Origin: an uncultured Candidatus Poseidoniales archaeon
Lineage (GTDB): Archaea; Thermoplasmatota; Poseidoniia; Poseidoniales; Poseidoniaceae
Assembly (NCBI GenBank): GCA_905182635.1
Contig: CAJJCM010000026.1
Coordinates: 3,568 to 67,567 of the forward strand
Direction of reading: 5' to 3'
Length of the DNA stretch: 64,000 nt
Shown: one piece after another, positions 49,083 to 58,775 of the stretch
Layout: the number at the start of each line of letters is the position of its first letter
Position numbering within the stretch: the stretch's first letter is position 1
Translations under genes and position numbers: made by a program
The notes under the pieces: model-generated
What the model saw: only the letters and a program-made list of their open reading frames with translations
The model's database searches: none
What the model was told of the DNA's origin: nothing

Positions 49083-50426
49083 TCATTCAAACTGAGTAAG
49101 CGAAGACTGCGAGGGTTTAATCCATTCACGGACATTGATTTCGAGTTCATCTCGAATCGCATCAGGGACGAAAATAAGCACTCGCTCGTTTGGCTGGCTG
49201 AGTGAACGGACCAGCGGCGAGTGATCGGCTGCATCTCGGCCATCTTCAAGGATAATTCCTTGTTCATAAGGCATGTAGCCACGTTTTGAGATGCGAGCTG
49301 TGATGACATCGATTGAGGGATTGTATCCAGCAGCTTCAACCAGAGGCTTGAGTCTTGGTAAGACCACATCAACCATTTCAGCAGAGAGGCCTTCAATCCG
49401 CAACGATTTATGGAAATCTCTACGTGAGAGCAAACGCATTGCATAATGGGCCAAAATTGTGTCCTGGTGCTCTGCCCACTCGGGTAAAGCCACGCGTATG
49501 TGTGCATCATTCAATGCAGCATATCCTTTGGCATCAAGTGCGGGATTCAACAACATATTCTCGAGTGGTGGTGAGAGTTGGAGTGAACCTTCTTTGGCAA
49601 GATTACGAGCACGTGAAAGCATTCTGACAAGATAATTTTGAGTCAACATATTGACTTTATGGAAATAGACTTGATGATACATATGGTAACGAGTAACAAG
49701 ATAGGCTTCGATTGCAGGCAAGCCCCACGATTTCACATAGAAATGACCCTCTTTGTTGACACGCAGCGCACGAATAACCCGAGCAATGTCAAAACCGCCG
49801 ATTTGTGCACCTGTATTTGCTTGGTCTCGAACCATGTAATCCATACGGTCAACATCCAGTTGACTGGAGACTATTTCTTTCATGTAAGGTGGAATCGTAA
49901 TCCCTTCGTGTTCAGATGCTCCATCCATGAGTGCGAATAAACGATCTCGGCGTTGTTGGCCGAGTACCTCGAGGAGTGCCATTCCGATTTCAGTATCTTC
50001 GGATTCCAGTAAGACTCGGCCCCAGTGTTCATGTGAATGATAGGTCGCAAACACTTCTGGAGTTTCCAACACGTGTGAAAATGGTGGGTGGCCAATATCG
50101 TGAAGCAATGCAGCTAATCGGATCAGTTCACTGTCTTCACCTGAAACAAGGTTGGGCTGAACTTCATTGAGCGAAGAGATCAATGTTCCTGCCAAGTGGT
50201 AGGCGCCGAGTGAATGTGAAAAACGATTATGGTTGGCGGCGGGGAATACATACTCACAGGTAGAGAGTTGTTGGATTGAACGAAGACGTTGAAACTCACG
50301 TGTATCGATTATTTTTGCATGGCTCGCAGGAACGAGAATATCTTTGTGAATCTCATCACGAATCACACGGTCACGCATAGCCATCCCCATGAAGCGGTCT
50401 GCTTTTCCATTAAAAAGGCCCCGCAC
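49083..50426 (-). CDS. HD-domain dNTP triphosphohydrolase-like protein (dGTPase / SAMHD1-like family)
   Basis: RDRVIRDEIH...IIDTREFQRLRSIQQL...RFSHSLGAYHLAG and LHDIGHPPFSH (HD motif). Typical dGTPase-family N-terminal architecture. The start may be an internal Met. Confidence 0.8.
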   Translation of the reverse strand: MRGLFNGKADRFMGMAMRDRVIRDEIHKDILVPASHAKIIDTREFQRLRSIQQLSTCEYVFPAANHNRFSHSLGAYHLAGTLISSLNEVQPNLVSGEDSELIRLAALLHDIGHPPFSHVLETPEVFATYHSHEHWGRVLLESEDTEIGMALLEVLGQQRRDRLFALMDGASEHEGITIPPYMKEIVSSQLDVDRMDYMVRDQANTGAQIGGFDIARVIRALRVNKEGHFYVKSWGLPAIEAYLVTRYHMYHQVYFHKVNMLTQNYLVRMLSRARNLAKEGSLQLSPPLENMLLNPALDAKGYAALNDAHIRVALPEWAEHQDTILAHYAMRLLSRRDFHKSLRIEGLSAEMVDVVLPRLKPLVEAAGYNPSIDVITARISKRGYMPYEQGIILEDGRDAADHSPLVRSLSQPNERVLIFVPDAIRDELEINVREWIKPSQSSLTQFE

Positions 50427-50475
50427 GCAAAAAAACTTGGTGATTTGCGAAATAACAACTGAATGCTAAGGGACA

Positions 50476-52257
50476 ATGCCTAAGCACGGGGGGTATGTGA
50501 ACACCAACATGGCAGATCCTCTGAAGGACATTATGCTAAAAATAACGGATGATAATCCTGCGACTCGTGGGCAAAAATTGTGGGTTATGTTTGCACTTTC
50601 TCTCTTCTTAGTTGCCACTTTGAATTGGTATGCAATGGTTCGAGAACCTCAAGTTGTCGAGATTGACGATTTAATTCAGCACAAAAATGAAGTTGTATTA
50701 GTCGAAGGAAAAGTCATTTCGTGGATTGAAGACCGATATGGCAATGGGGAAGACCGAGTCGATTTAGTTATTGAAGATGATACTGGCGTCATACAAGTAC
50801 GTTGGTTTTCAACCGGAACGATCCCTCCAATCGGTACCAATGTTACGGTGATGGGTGATGTTGTCGATTATAATGGCAGATTTTACATGCAAGCAACTGG
50901 TTCAGGTGCGTTGGATTGGGAGCCAGAAGATTTACCTGTTCTCGAACGAGTTTCTCTTTCAGATCTTGCCGTAGCTCCCGAAACCTACGTAGGGGAGATT
51001 TTGACTGTGACCGGATACATCAGTGAAGCTGTAAATCCAGATGCAACATTTACCTCTGCTTACCTCACAGATGCCTCGCACCAAATGCAACTCCTTGTTC
51101 AATCTGCTACAGGAGTTTGGATTGAATCCGATTCTAAAATTGAAGTGACTGGTATGCTCGCTTACCAAGAAATGAGTTTGCGATGGGCACTGATGACTCA
51201 AGGTCCGACCATCCTCGTCGTCACAAGCTATTCACCTCCAATCAATAATCTCGAATGGTCGGGTGAATCCACATGGAGTTACGAATCAGGAAGCATGGTC
51301 TCTATGGCAGGTACCGTATTGATTTCTAACGGCCAATGGACGCTGTCTGGGCCAAACGGCAACGTGATGTGTATTCTCCCAACCGATGAAGACATCACAA
51401 GCGCTGCTACGCAGGGTTACAACGGCTCTACTTACGAAGCCTCAGGCCGCTTAATGTGGAATGACGTTCGCAGCATGTGGTGTATTGATGCCAACAATGG
51501 TAATGGCACCAATCTCATTGACCCAATGTCCGCAATGTCGATGCAAGCCATGCTCTCCGCTAGCCCGGCATCAATGTTGCAAACACCTAGCAAACAATAC
51601 ACGCTCAGCACATTCATGCAATACTCCTTCGAACCACTCGATACGGAAGGCTATTTTGTTGATAGTCAGGGCTACACCTTTGGACAAACACGTGTGGCCA
51701 TGTCGTTCCCTTCAACACGAACCGAATGGATCGAAGCTGGTCAGGGCATCATTGCCAACGTCACTGTATCGTGGGACGACGAAAAAATGATGATGCGAAT
51801 CATGGTTGACACCTACCAGTTGGTTGGAAACCCTCCGGAACCTCAGACCATACTTTGGGACGCTGGAGCAACCCAATGGGGCTATACCAAGAACCAGTTA
51901 GTGTTAATCGATGGAAAAGCAGCCCTCCATGATGATGGCTGGTATCTCGAACGCCCAGGTTCAGAACAATCCATCAAACTAAATGTCCGACTCAATGCAA
52001 TTGGTACTGATACGTTGCACGAAAATCAATCCCTTACATGGAATGGAAGACTACGGCAAATCGAACATCCCAGTGATTTGGCTCTGGTCTTTTCTCTTGA
52101 TAATGCAGATGCTTTGGATGAGGATGGCGACCGTCTGGCAGATAGTTTTGAAGATGCCACCGGCTTCAATTCAAACACCATCGATTCGGATGGGGATGGA
52201 ATCAATGACCGCGAAGAAATGGAGAATGGAACCGGTCCAAACAACCAAAACTCCTGA
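50476..52257 (+). CDS. N-terminally anchored extracytoplasmic protein (593 aa) with a C-terminal TSP3-like calcium-binding repeat
   Basis: Single N-terminal transmembrane segment LWVMFALSLFLVATLNWYAMV. C-terminus DEDGDRLADSFEDATGFNSNTIDSDGDGINDREE. Confidence 0.5.
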   Translation: MPKHGGYVNTNMADPLKDIMLKITDDNPATRGQKLWVMFALSLFLVATLNWYAMVREPQVVEIDDLIQHKNEVVLVEGKVISWIEDRYGNGEDRVDLVIEDDTGVIQVRWFSTGTIPPIGTNVTVMGDVVDYNGRFYMQATGSGALDWEPEDLPVLERVSLSDLAVAPETYVGEILTVTGYISEAVNPDATFTSAYLTDASHQMQLLVQSATGVWIESDSKIEVTGMLAYQEMSLRWALMTQGPTILVVTSYSPPINNLEWSGESTWSYESGSMVSMAGTVLISNGQWTLSGPNGNVMCILPTDEDITSAATQGYNGSTYEASGRLMWNDVRSMWCIDANNGNGTNLIDPMSAMSMQAMLSASPASMLQTPSKQYTLSTFMQYSFEPLDTEGYFVDSQGYTFGQTRVAMSFPSTRTEWIEAGQGIIANVTVSWDDEKMMMRIMVDTYQLVGNPPEPQTILWDAGATQWGYTKNQLVLIDGKAALHDDGWYLERPGSEQSIKLNVRLNAIGTDTLHENQSLTWNGRLRQIEHPSDLALVFSLDNADALDEDGDRLADSFEDATGFNSNTIDSDGDGINDREEMENGTGPNNQNS

Positions 52258-52266
52258 GGTATTCAC

Positions 52267-53778
52267 ATGCTTGAGGCCTATTTATATGAATTGAGTTGGA
52301 TGTTAGCAGCCTTGTTCATGGGTGTTGCAATGGGGACACTTACTGGAATCATTCCAGGTTTTCACGTCAACAATGTCGCACTGATTTTACTTGCTTTAGC
52401 ACCTGCATTGTTAAGTTTAGGAATTCCTCTTTCGGCAGTGGCTGGCATCATTGTTTCAACGGGAACAGTACATACATTTCTCAATTACATACCTTCGGCC
52501 TTGATGGGTGCGCCGGATGCTGACCAAGCGTTGTCACTCTTACCCGGTCACAGGATGTTACTCTCTGGAAATGCTGCACGTGGAGTTGCTTGGTCAGCTC
52601 GAGGCTCACAACTCGGTTTGTTCCTTTCACTCCCACTGATTATTGTGGCTCGTATTGCCTTTGGTCCCGAATTGGGCTGGTATACTCAATTACGTGCCTT
52701 TTTACCATTCATTTTACTGACGATTTCATTATTATTATTGGCGACTGAAACCACACGTCTCGATTGGCCAAAATGGTTGAAAATGGTAACGCGCGGAAAA
52801 CTCGGTAACGATTCTCGATTGGCAGGTTTCTTTTCCGCAACAGCCTTTTTCTTGCTCACCGGACTGTTTGGCTGGACCATCCTTGGCCCGCATTCACTCC
52901 CAGCACGTTCACCACTTGACATGCCTGGAGCGAGTCTTTTACTTCCGAGTTTAGCCGGATTATTTGGTATAGCCAATCTCCTCGATATTTATGCAACAAC
53001 ATCCCATCTTCCTCCACAGAAAGAAAACTGGGATTTGCCTCCTGTTAAGCCATTATTGGTTCCATGCTTTTGGTCAGGCGTCGCAGGAGCATCGATGGGT
53101 GTCCTCCCTGGAATGACGGCATCTCAAGCGACTGTCCTTGTCATGGGTGGACGAAACGTCGCTGCTAAAATGCAAGGCAAACAAGGCTTTGGAATGGATT
53201 GGGAAACTCGGCGACTCACTGAATTAACCGATGACGAATTACTCGAAATTGCAAAAGCCGAATCCGAAGAGGGCGTCGAAGGACCTCAAACGAAGCAAGA
53301 TTTGGAAATTATTGCGATTCTATCAGCGGTGAACACTGCTGTTACAGTATGTGTCCTTGGATTCCTCTACATCATCGGCCGTTCACGATCTGGTGCAACC
53401 TTGGCACTCAAAGCGATGTACCCTGTCGACACGTGGAGTAGTCTTGAACCAACTGCGGATTTCATTCGTTTGCTAGCCATCACTCTTGCTGCTGGCCTCA
53501 TGGCTATGCCCATTATGCGATTCGTCGGAAAAGGTATGTTGCGACTTCACGCAGCAATTCCATTACAACAGATGATTATGAGTGTCATTGTTTTCGTCGC
53601 TGCTCTGGTGTTCGTCAGTACTGGTTTCATCGGATTAGCAGTCCTCATTGTCGGAACCATGCTGGGGCTCTTACCTCCTCGATTAGGTATTCGCCGTAGT
53701 CACGCAATGGGTGTTATTTTAGTACCAATTACGTATCTCTTATTCGAGAACTTGGTCGATAACGCAGGATTCCTTTGA
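52267..53778 (+). CDS. Polytopic membrane protein resembling the TctA family (DUF112) of tripartite tricarboxylate transporter large subunits
   Basis: 503 aa, at least 10 transmembrane helices. N-terminal G-x3-G-x2-PG motif (GTLTGIIPGF). Gly/Ala/Pro-rich repeats typical of TctA. Confidence 0.55.
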   Translation: MLEAYLYELSWMLAALFMGVAMGTLTGIIPGFHVNNVALILLALAPALLSLGIPLSAVAGIIVSTGTVHTFLNYIPSALMGAPDADQALSLLPGHRMLLSGNAARGVAWSARGSQLGLFLSLPLIIVARIAFGPELGWYTQLRAFLPFILLTISLLLLATETTRLDWPKWLKMVTRGKLGNDSRLAGFFSATAFFLLTGLFGWTILGPHSLPARSPLDMPGASLLLPSLAGLFGIANLLDIYATTSHLPPQKENWDLPPVKPLLVPCFWSGVAGASMGVLPGMTASQATVLVMGGRNVAAKMQGKQGFGMDWETRRLTELTDDELLEIAKAESEEGVEGPQTKQDLEIIAILSAVNTAVTVCVLGFLYIIGRSRSGATLALKAMYPVDTWSSLEPTADFIRLLAITLAAGLMAMPIMRFVGKGMLRLHAAIPLQQMIMSVIVFVAALVFVSTGFIGLAVLIVGTMLGLLPPRLGIRRSHAMGVILVPITYLLFENLVDNAGFL

Positions 53779-53858
53779 ACAGGATTAAGTTATTCTTCGG
53801 AAAGGCTTAGGGAAAGTGATATGCCCTTAGACCGAATCCATGGCATGTTGGTGATACC

Positions 53859-56800
53859 ATGAATGCCGTCGTTCGCTCCCTCTGCCTCGCAACCCTCATG
53901 GTGATTTCAATAATTGCCCCCTTTGGTATTTCATCTCTTGAAGAGGTACCTGATGTGCCTGCAACTTCCAGTCGTTCACTGGCTTGTACAGGTGATATCT
54001 GCCTTAACGAAGCACTTCCAAATCCAAACGGCTACGATAATGCAAGTTGGTCAGGTGGCGAATGGATGGAGATTCATAACTCGGGAAACACAACCGTTGA
54101 TGTTCGAGATTGGTATTTAACCAATAAGGCTTCCAAAACTCTGTACTTCAATTCGACCTCGATTGTTGATTACGATACTATGGATTCTACCAGTTGGGAA
54201 ATTGAACCGGATGAATACATGGTCATCGCTCGAAATGGATTGCCAAGCTCGATTTTTTATCTGGCGAATACAAATGACATCATCTCGTTGTTCAATTCTT
54301 CCGGTGTTCAACTTGACCAAGCGACATGGACCTTTTCATCCTCTGCTCCTTCAGGCTCAAGCCTTGAAGAAGACAGTTTCAGTGCAACTGGTGACTGGGT
54401 TGCTACAAACGGTCCAACACCTGGCGCCATCAACTCTGGAGGCTCAACGGGTGGCCCAACTGTATACCCTTCTGATCTTGTCATCAATGAAGTCATGTCC
54501 AACCCTTGGCCTTCTTTCGATAACGCAACATGGCCAGGAGGCGAATGGGTTGAAATCTTCAACTCCGGAATGACCGCTATGAACTTGACAGGATGGTCCC
54601 TTCAAGATACTGCAGGCAATATTCTTGCCTTTGACGAAAACCATCTCGTCGGATATACGAACGATTCCAATTCGACCATCATCGCTCCGGGTGATACAAG
54701 AATCATTGCCGTTAACGGTTCTGGGAATTCTGGTGTATTGAACAATGGTGTCGAAACATTATCCTTGTTTTGGCCAAATGGAACCAAAGCACAACAAATC
54801 TCTTGGACTGATACTGAAGCTGGATTCGCACTTGTCGAGAGTTCATCATCCCAATACTGGACCTATGCTGCCTACCCAACTCCAAATGCAAGTAACCCTC
54901 TTGATTTTTCTATAATTGCCTCTACTCCCTCACCAATTGAATTTGCTGAATTATTATCAAACAGCAGTTCAGATGGTTCTACTTTCCCAGATGGGGAGTG
55001 GATTGAATTGCTCAATACTGGAAACACAACGGTGGATTTGTCAGGTTGGTCAGTCATTGATGGAATGGGTAATGTCACGTATCTAGACCCTGGTTCACTT
55101 GTCTTCAACCAAACTCAAGGTGCTACTTCAATTGATGCTGAAGAGCGACGACTGATTCAATTTAATGCTGATACTGAACTATGGGATTATTACAATCAAC
55201 TCATGCTTCGTGATTCAACTGGATTGATTGTTGATTCTGCTTGGTATACAACTGATTACGGTGAAAACATTTCGCTGATTCCTGCGGAAATGGATGCAGA
55301 CCCATGGGTCCCATCAACCTGGATGACACCCGGTCAACCAGACCCTGGTGAAACACCTTCAACAGGCCTCGCGATTTTCACCGAAGTATTTCCGGATGCT
55401 GTTGGCAATGATAATCAACAATGGCCCCTTGGAGAATGGCTTGAAATATACAACAATGGGACCGCTGCGCTTGACGTAGGTGGGTGGAAATTACAGTCCT
55501 CCAATAGTCGTTCACTGACTCTGCATCAATTCAACATGCCGCTCCAAGCAACCTCGATTATTCAACCGGGAGATGTCGCATTAATTGCTTTGAATGGTAC
55601 CACAAGTTTTTACCTAAAACACACGACTCCAGACTCTATTATCTTGATTGATGGAAACGGGAACATGGTTGATTCTATCTCTTGGGTTTCTACGACTGAA
55701 GGTGAATCTTTGATTGCTCCAAACAGCACGCACGCAGGTGCTGGACCTCTTGGAACAGGTGCATCAAACGGCAGTGATTGGATTCAATCCGCTTGGGCAA
55801 CTCCAGGCGAGGGGAATCCAGTTTGGCCAATGTATGCAGGCACCCATGACCTGGTTCTCACTGAAATTTTGGCGTATTGCAATGATGATTCAATCGACCC
55901 ACTGGAAGATTGGGTCGAAGTCATGAACGTTGGCACTCTTGATCTCAATTTGAGCCGATGGAGAGTTGATTCAAGTGATGGAGACCGACGCTTTTTCAGA
56001 ACAACTTCAATGTGGAATCAAACTGATGATTCGATGCTCCTCGCCCCACAAGAGCGCGCTGTCCTGCTGATGGAAAACAATGTAATTTCAGGTTTAGGAG
56101 ACCAATTACAACTCTCGGATCCTGATGGGAATTCGGTTCAAATGGCACAATGGAACATCGTCAGTGATTGCCAAACGATGGGGCCTGGCGAGACTGAACT
56201 CGACGGTTGGGAATTACTCCTTTGGCCAACTCCTGGCTACGAAGAGCCAGATGCGACCCTTTTTGCTGAGGCACAAGATATTGTCTTCAGCCGCTTTATG
56301 CCCGAAGGTTCAACCTCCATTTCAAGTAATACAGAATTCATTGAAATTACGAACATCGGTGATAGCCTTGCTTACATGGAGGGATGGACCTTCACACTCA
56401 TCAATTCAGCAAATGAAGCCACGGATTATTCCTTTGGTGAAGTCGCGATTCCTTCCAACGGTTCGGTGATTCTTGCTTCAGACCCAAGCGGTCTTTCTGT
56501 CTACGAAGATGGCACAATCATTGGATTTGATTCTGCCATGTCCATCTCGGGATTGACACTTCCTGATTCAGGGGCTGCTCTTCAGATATCAACGCCTTCG
56601 GGTGTCCTTGCAGATACAGTGGTCTACGGTAACGGTCCAGTTGAATCCGCAGGTTGGAGTGGTATTAGTTTGGTCGAACCTGTCACCAGTCTTTCTCTTC
56701 TTGTTTATCATCGCGGCGATGGATGTGGCAATTTACCAGATACTGATGTCGCCTTGGATTGGCAACATCGTTGGGGACGTTTAGGTGCAAGCACCTTCTG

Positions 56801-58775
56801 TGGTCCAACACTGTTCTCAGGCATAAGTACCATCACGCCATTGATTGGTCCTCAAGAAGGCCTCGTTGACTTGGTCGCCTGGATTGACAATGCTACTGAA
56901 TCGTTACATGTTCACCTTTATCAGATCGAACAGCCAAATTTGGTTCAAGCACTCATTGAAGCACATAACCGAGGTGTTGATGTTACCGTAGTTCTTAACG
57001 CTGCGGAATACTGGTGGAATAATTACGATAAGAACAACCAACTCGGCACGGCAAACATACTTGCAACTGCTGGAATCAATACGTTCTGGTTTGGTGGACA
57101 AAATGATGACCCTTATTCCTATATTCACAGCAAAGTAGCCGTAAAAGACAATGGAAGTGTATGGATTGGTTCAGGTAATTGGAAGAGTTCCTCACAACCT
57201 GCACCTGGTGAACGCGGAAACTCTGAATGGGGAGTCTTAATCGATAACGCAGACCTTGCTCAAAAGGTCATGAATCAACTTGCCTATGATGAATCTTCGA
57301 GTCGCACCTACATCACACAAGTCTACCCAGGTTCAGCACCATCCGATTGGTCGATGGATGCACTCAAACCCCTTGTCAATGGAACGATGGCGGAACCGAT
57401 TACAACCAATGTGTCTGGCCGTCTCATCACGTGCCCAGACACTTGTATTGACGGCTTGGTCTGGATGATTGAACAAGCAGATGAAGAAATTCTATTGTCG
57501 TTGCAATATCTCGATGTGGATTGGAGCTGGGGTTGGGGAGAGAATCCAATTGTCACCGCTTTGGAAAACGCTGCACAAAGTGGCATTCGTATTCGTTTGA
57601 TTTTGAACGGTGCTTATCTCGATAAGGATATTCAAGATGTCGTTGATACCTTCAATGAAGAATGGAACTCGACCCTTGGATACGACATCAATGCGATCAT
57701 CATGAGTGAAGATGATGAAGTTTCGAAATTGCATAACAAGGGTGTTATTGTTGATGCTGAGCACGTACTGATTTCATCAATTAATTGGGGTGATTCTGCC
57801 ACAACACGGAACCGTGAAATGGGCCTCATTCTCAGTAGCGCAGAAGTCACTGCTCCTTTCCTTGCTGGATGGTATCGGGATTGGGTCCGTACTGACAATG
57901 TGACGGATACCGATAACGATGGTCTGCCGGATTATTGGGAAGTGGCCAATGGACTCAACCGTACAACACGCACTCTTGCCATGCTCAATATTCTTGAGGG
58001 AGCGTATGATGCGGATGGAGATGGATTACTGAATGAAGTGGAATACATTTTCGGTAGTCATGCAACCAATCCTGATACCGATGGAGATTGTATTCCAGAT
58101 GCAATCGAAGTTTCGTGGGCACAAGCAACTGCTCAAGATTCTACGATTCCTGATGTCTCTCCAACCGCAGCATTGACACTTGCTGATGCTGATGGCGATG
58201 GTGTCAATGAATCAGAACTTCTTGGCTGTGACCTTGGTGGAATTCTGACTGATGGAAATCAAACTCTCATTGACAACAGCACATTAGATGATGACGCTGA
58301 TATGGTCATCAATCGGGATGACATCTGCCCGAATACCGGTGCAAATATTCCAGTTAACGTCGATGGTTGCTCGACTGAACAGAGAAATGCTAATGCTGCA
58401 CCGAGTGCCGATACAAGTTCTAATTTCGCCTCTGGAATGATGCTTACGTTCATGCTTGCAGGAATCGGATTGGCTGCTGGAGCATTCCTCATCTTGAGGA
58501 ACATCGAAACTGAGGGTGAAGAAATCAAGGATTTGATTACCATCGAGAGTGAAAACCTCGACGCACTTGCTGAAACGAATATTGATGCTGACAATTGGAA
58601 TATGCCGGTTCTTGACGGGAGTGGAGAAGCACCAATGCCTTCGGGACTTTCATCCGAAGATCTCGCACGTTGTCCAGGGTGGCCAGAAGCAACGATTCAA
58701 TCCTATCTTGACCAGGGATGGTCGATTGACCAACTGGCGGAGTACTATCAAGAACAGGTCAATGAACACGCTTGA
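53859..58775 (+). CDS. Giant (1638 aa) surface-anchored protein with six lamin-tail-like domains, a phospholipase-D / Nuc-type two-HKD domain, TSP3 repeats, a C-terminal transmembrane anchor and a Trp-containing tail
   Basis: Signal peptide MNAVVRSLCLATLMVISIIAPFGISS. Six LTD-like repeats (for example LVINEVMSNPWPSF...GEWVEIFNSGMTAMNLTGWSLQD). HKD motifs YIHSKVAVKDNGSVWIGSGNW (about 57122-57180) and LHNKGVIVDAEHVLISSINWG (about 57729-57790). DTDNDGLPDYWE and DTDGDCIPDAIE loops. Transmembrane segment MMLTFMLAGIGLAAGAFLIL. Tail ends CPGWPEATIQSYLDQGWSIDQLAEYYQEQVNEHA. Confidence 0.8.
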   Translation: MNAVVRSLCLATLMVISIIAPFGISSLEEVPDVPATSSRSLACTGDICLNEALPNPNGYDNASWSGGEWMEIHNSGNTTVDVRDWYLTNKASKTLYFNSTSIVDYDTMDSTSWEIEPDEYMVIARNGLPSSIFYLANTNDIISLFNSSGVQLDQATWTFSSSAPSGSSLEEDSFSATGDWVATNGPTPGAINSGGSTGGPTVYPSDLVINEVMSNPWPSFDNATWPGGEWVEIFNSGMTAMNLTGWSLQDTAGNILAFDENHLVGYTNDSNSTIIAPGDTRIIAVNGSGNSGVLNNGVETLSLFWPNGTKAQQISWTDTEAGFALVESSSSQYWTYAAYPTPNASNPLDFSIIASTPSPIEFAELLSNSSSDGSTFPDGEWIELLNTGNTTVDLSGWSVIDGMGNVTYLDPGSLVFNQTQGATSIDAEERRLIQFNADTELWDYYNQLMLRDSTGLIVDSAWYTTDYGENISLIPAEMDADPWVPSTWMTPGQPDPGETPSTGLAIFTEVFPDAVGNDNQQWPLGEWLEIYNNGTAALDVGGWKLQSSNSRSLTLHQFNMPLQATSIIQPGDVALIALNGTTSFYLKHTTPDSIILIDGNGNMVDSISWVSTTEGESLIAPNSTHAGAGPLGTGASNGSDWIQSAWATPGEGNPVWPMYAGTHDLVLTEILAYCNDDSIDPLEDWVEVMNVGTLDLNLSRWRVDSSDGDRRFFRTTSMWNQTDDSMLLAPQERAVLLMENNVISGLGDQLQLSDPDGNSVQMAQWNIVSDCQTMGPGETELDGWELLLWPTPGYEEPDATLFAEAQDIVFSRFMPEGSTSISSNTEFIEITNIGDSLAYMEGWTFTLINSANEATDYSFGEVAIPSNGSVILASDPSGLSVYEDGTIIGFDSAMSISGLTLPDSGAALQISTPSGVLADTVVYGNGPVESAGWSGISLVEPVTSLSLLVYHRGDGCGNLPDTDVALDWQHRWGRLGASTFCGPTLFSGISTITPLIGPQEGLVDLVAWIDNATESLHVHLYQIEQPNLVQALIEAHNRGVDVTVVLNAAEYWWNNYDKNNQLGTANILATAGINTFWFGGQNDDPYSYIHSKVAVKDNGSVWIGSGNWKSSSQPAPGERGNSEWGVLIDNADLAQKVMNQLAYDESSSRTYITQVYPGSAPSDWSMDALKPLVNGTMAEPITTNVSGRLITCPDTCIDGLVWMIEQADEEILLSLQYLDVDWSWGWGENPIVTALENAAQSGIRIRLILNGAYLDKDIQDVVDTFNEEWNSTLGYDINAIIMSEDDEVSKLHNKGVIVDAEHVLISSINWGDSATTRNREMGLILSSAEVTAPFLAGWYRDWVRTDNVTDTDNDGLPDYWEVANGLNRTTRTLAMLNILEGAYDADGDGLLNEVEYIFGSHATNPDTDGDCIPDAIEVSWAQATAQDSTIPDVSPTAALTLADADGDGVNESELLGCDLGGILTDGNQTLIDNSTLDDDADMVINRDDICPNTGANIPVNVDGCSTEQRNANAAPSADTSSNFASGMMLTFMLAGIGLAAGAFLILRNIETEGEEIKDLITIESENLDALAETNIDADNWNMPVLDGSGEAPMPSGLSSEDLARCPGWPEATIQSYLDQGWSIDQLAEYYQEQVNEHA

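Noticed and set aside
49040-49510. 156-aa minus-strand ORF overlapping the HD-hydrolase gene in another frame and running to within one nt of the tRNA-Met gene end
   Set aside because: Out-of-frame overlap with a well-supported HD-domain gene. Starts essentially at the tRNA gene end.
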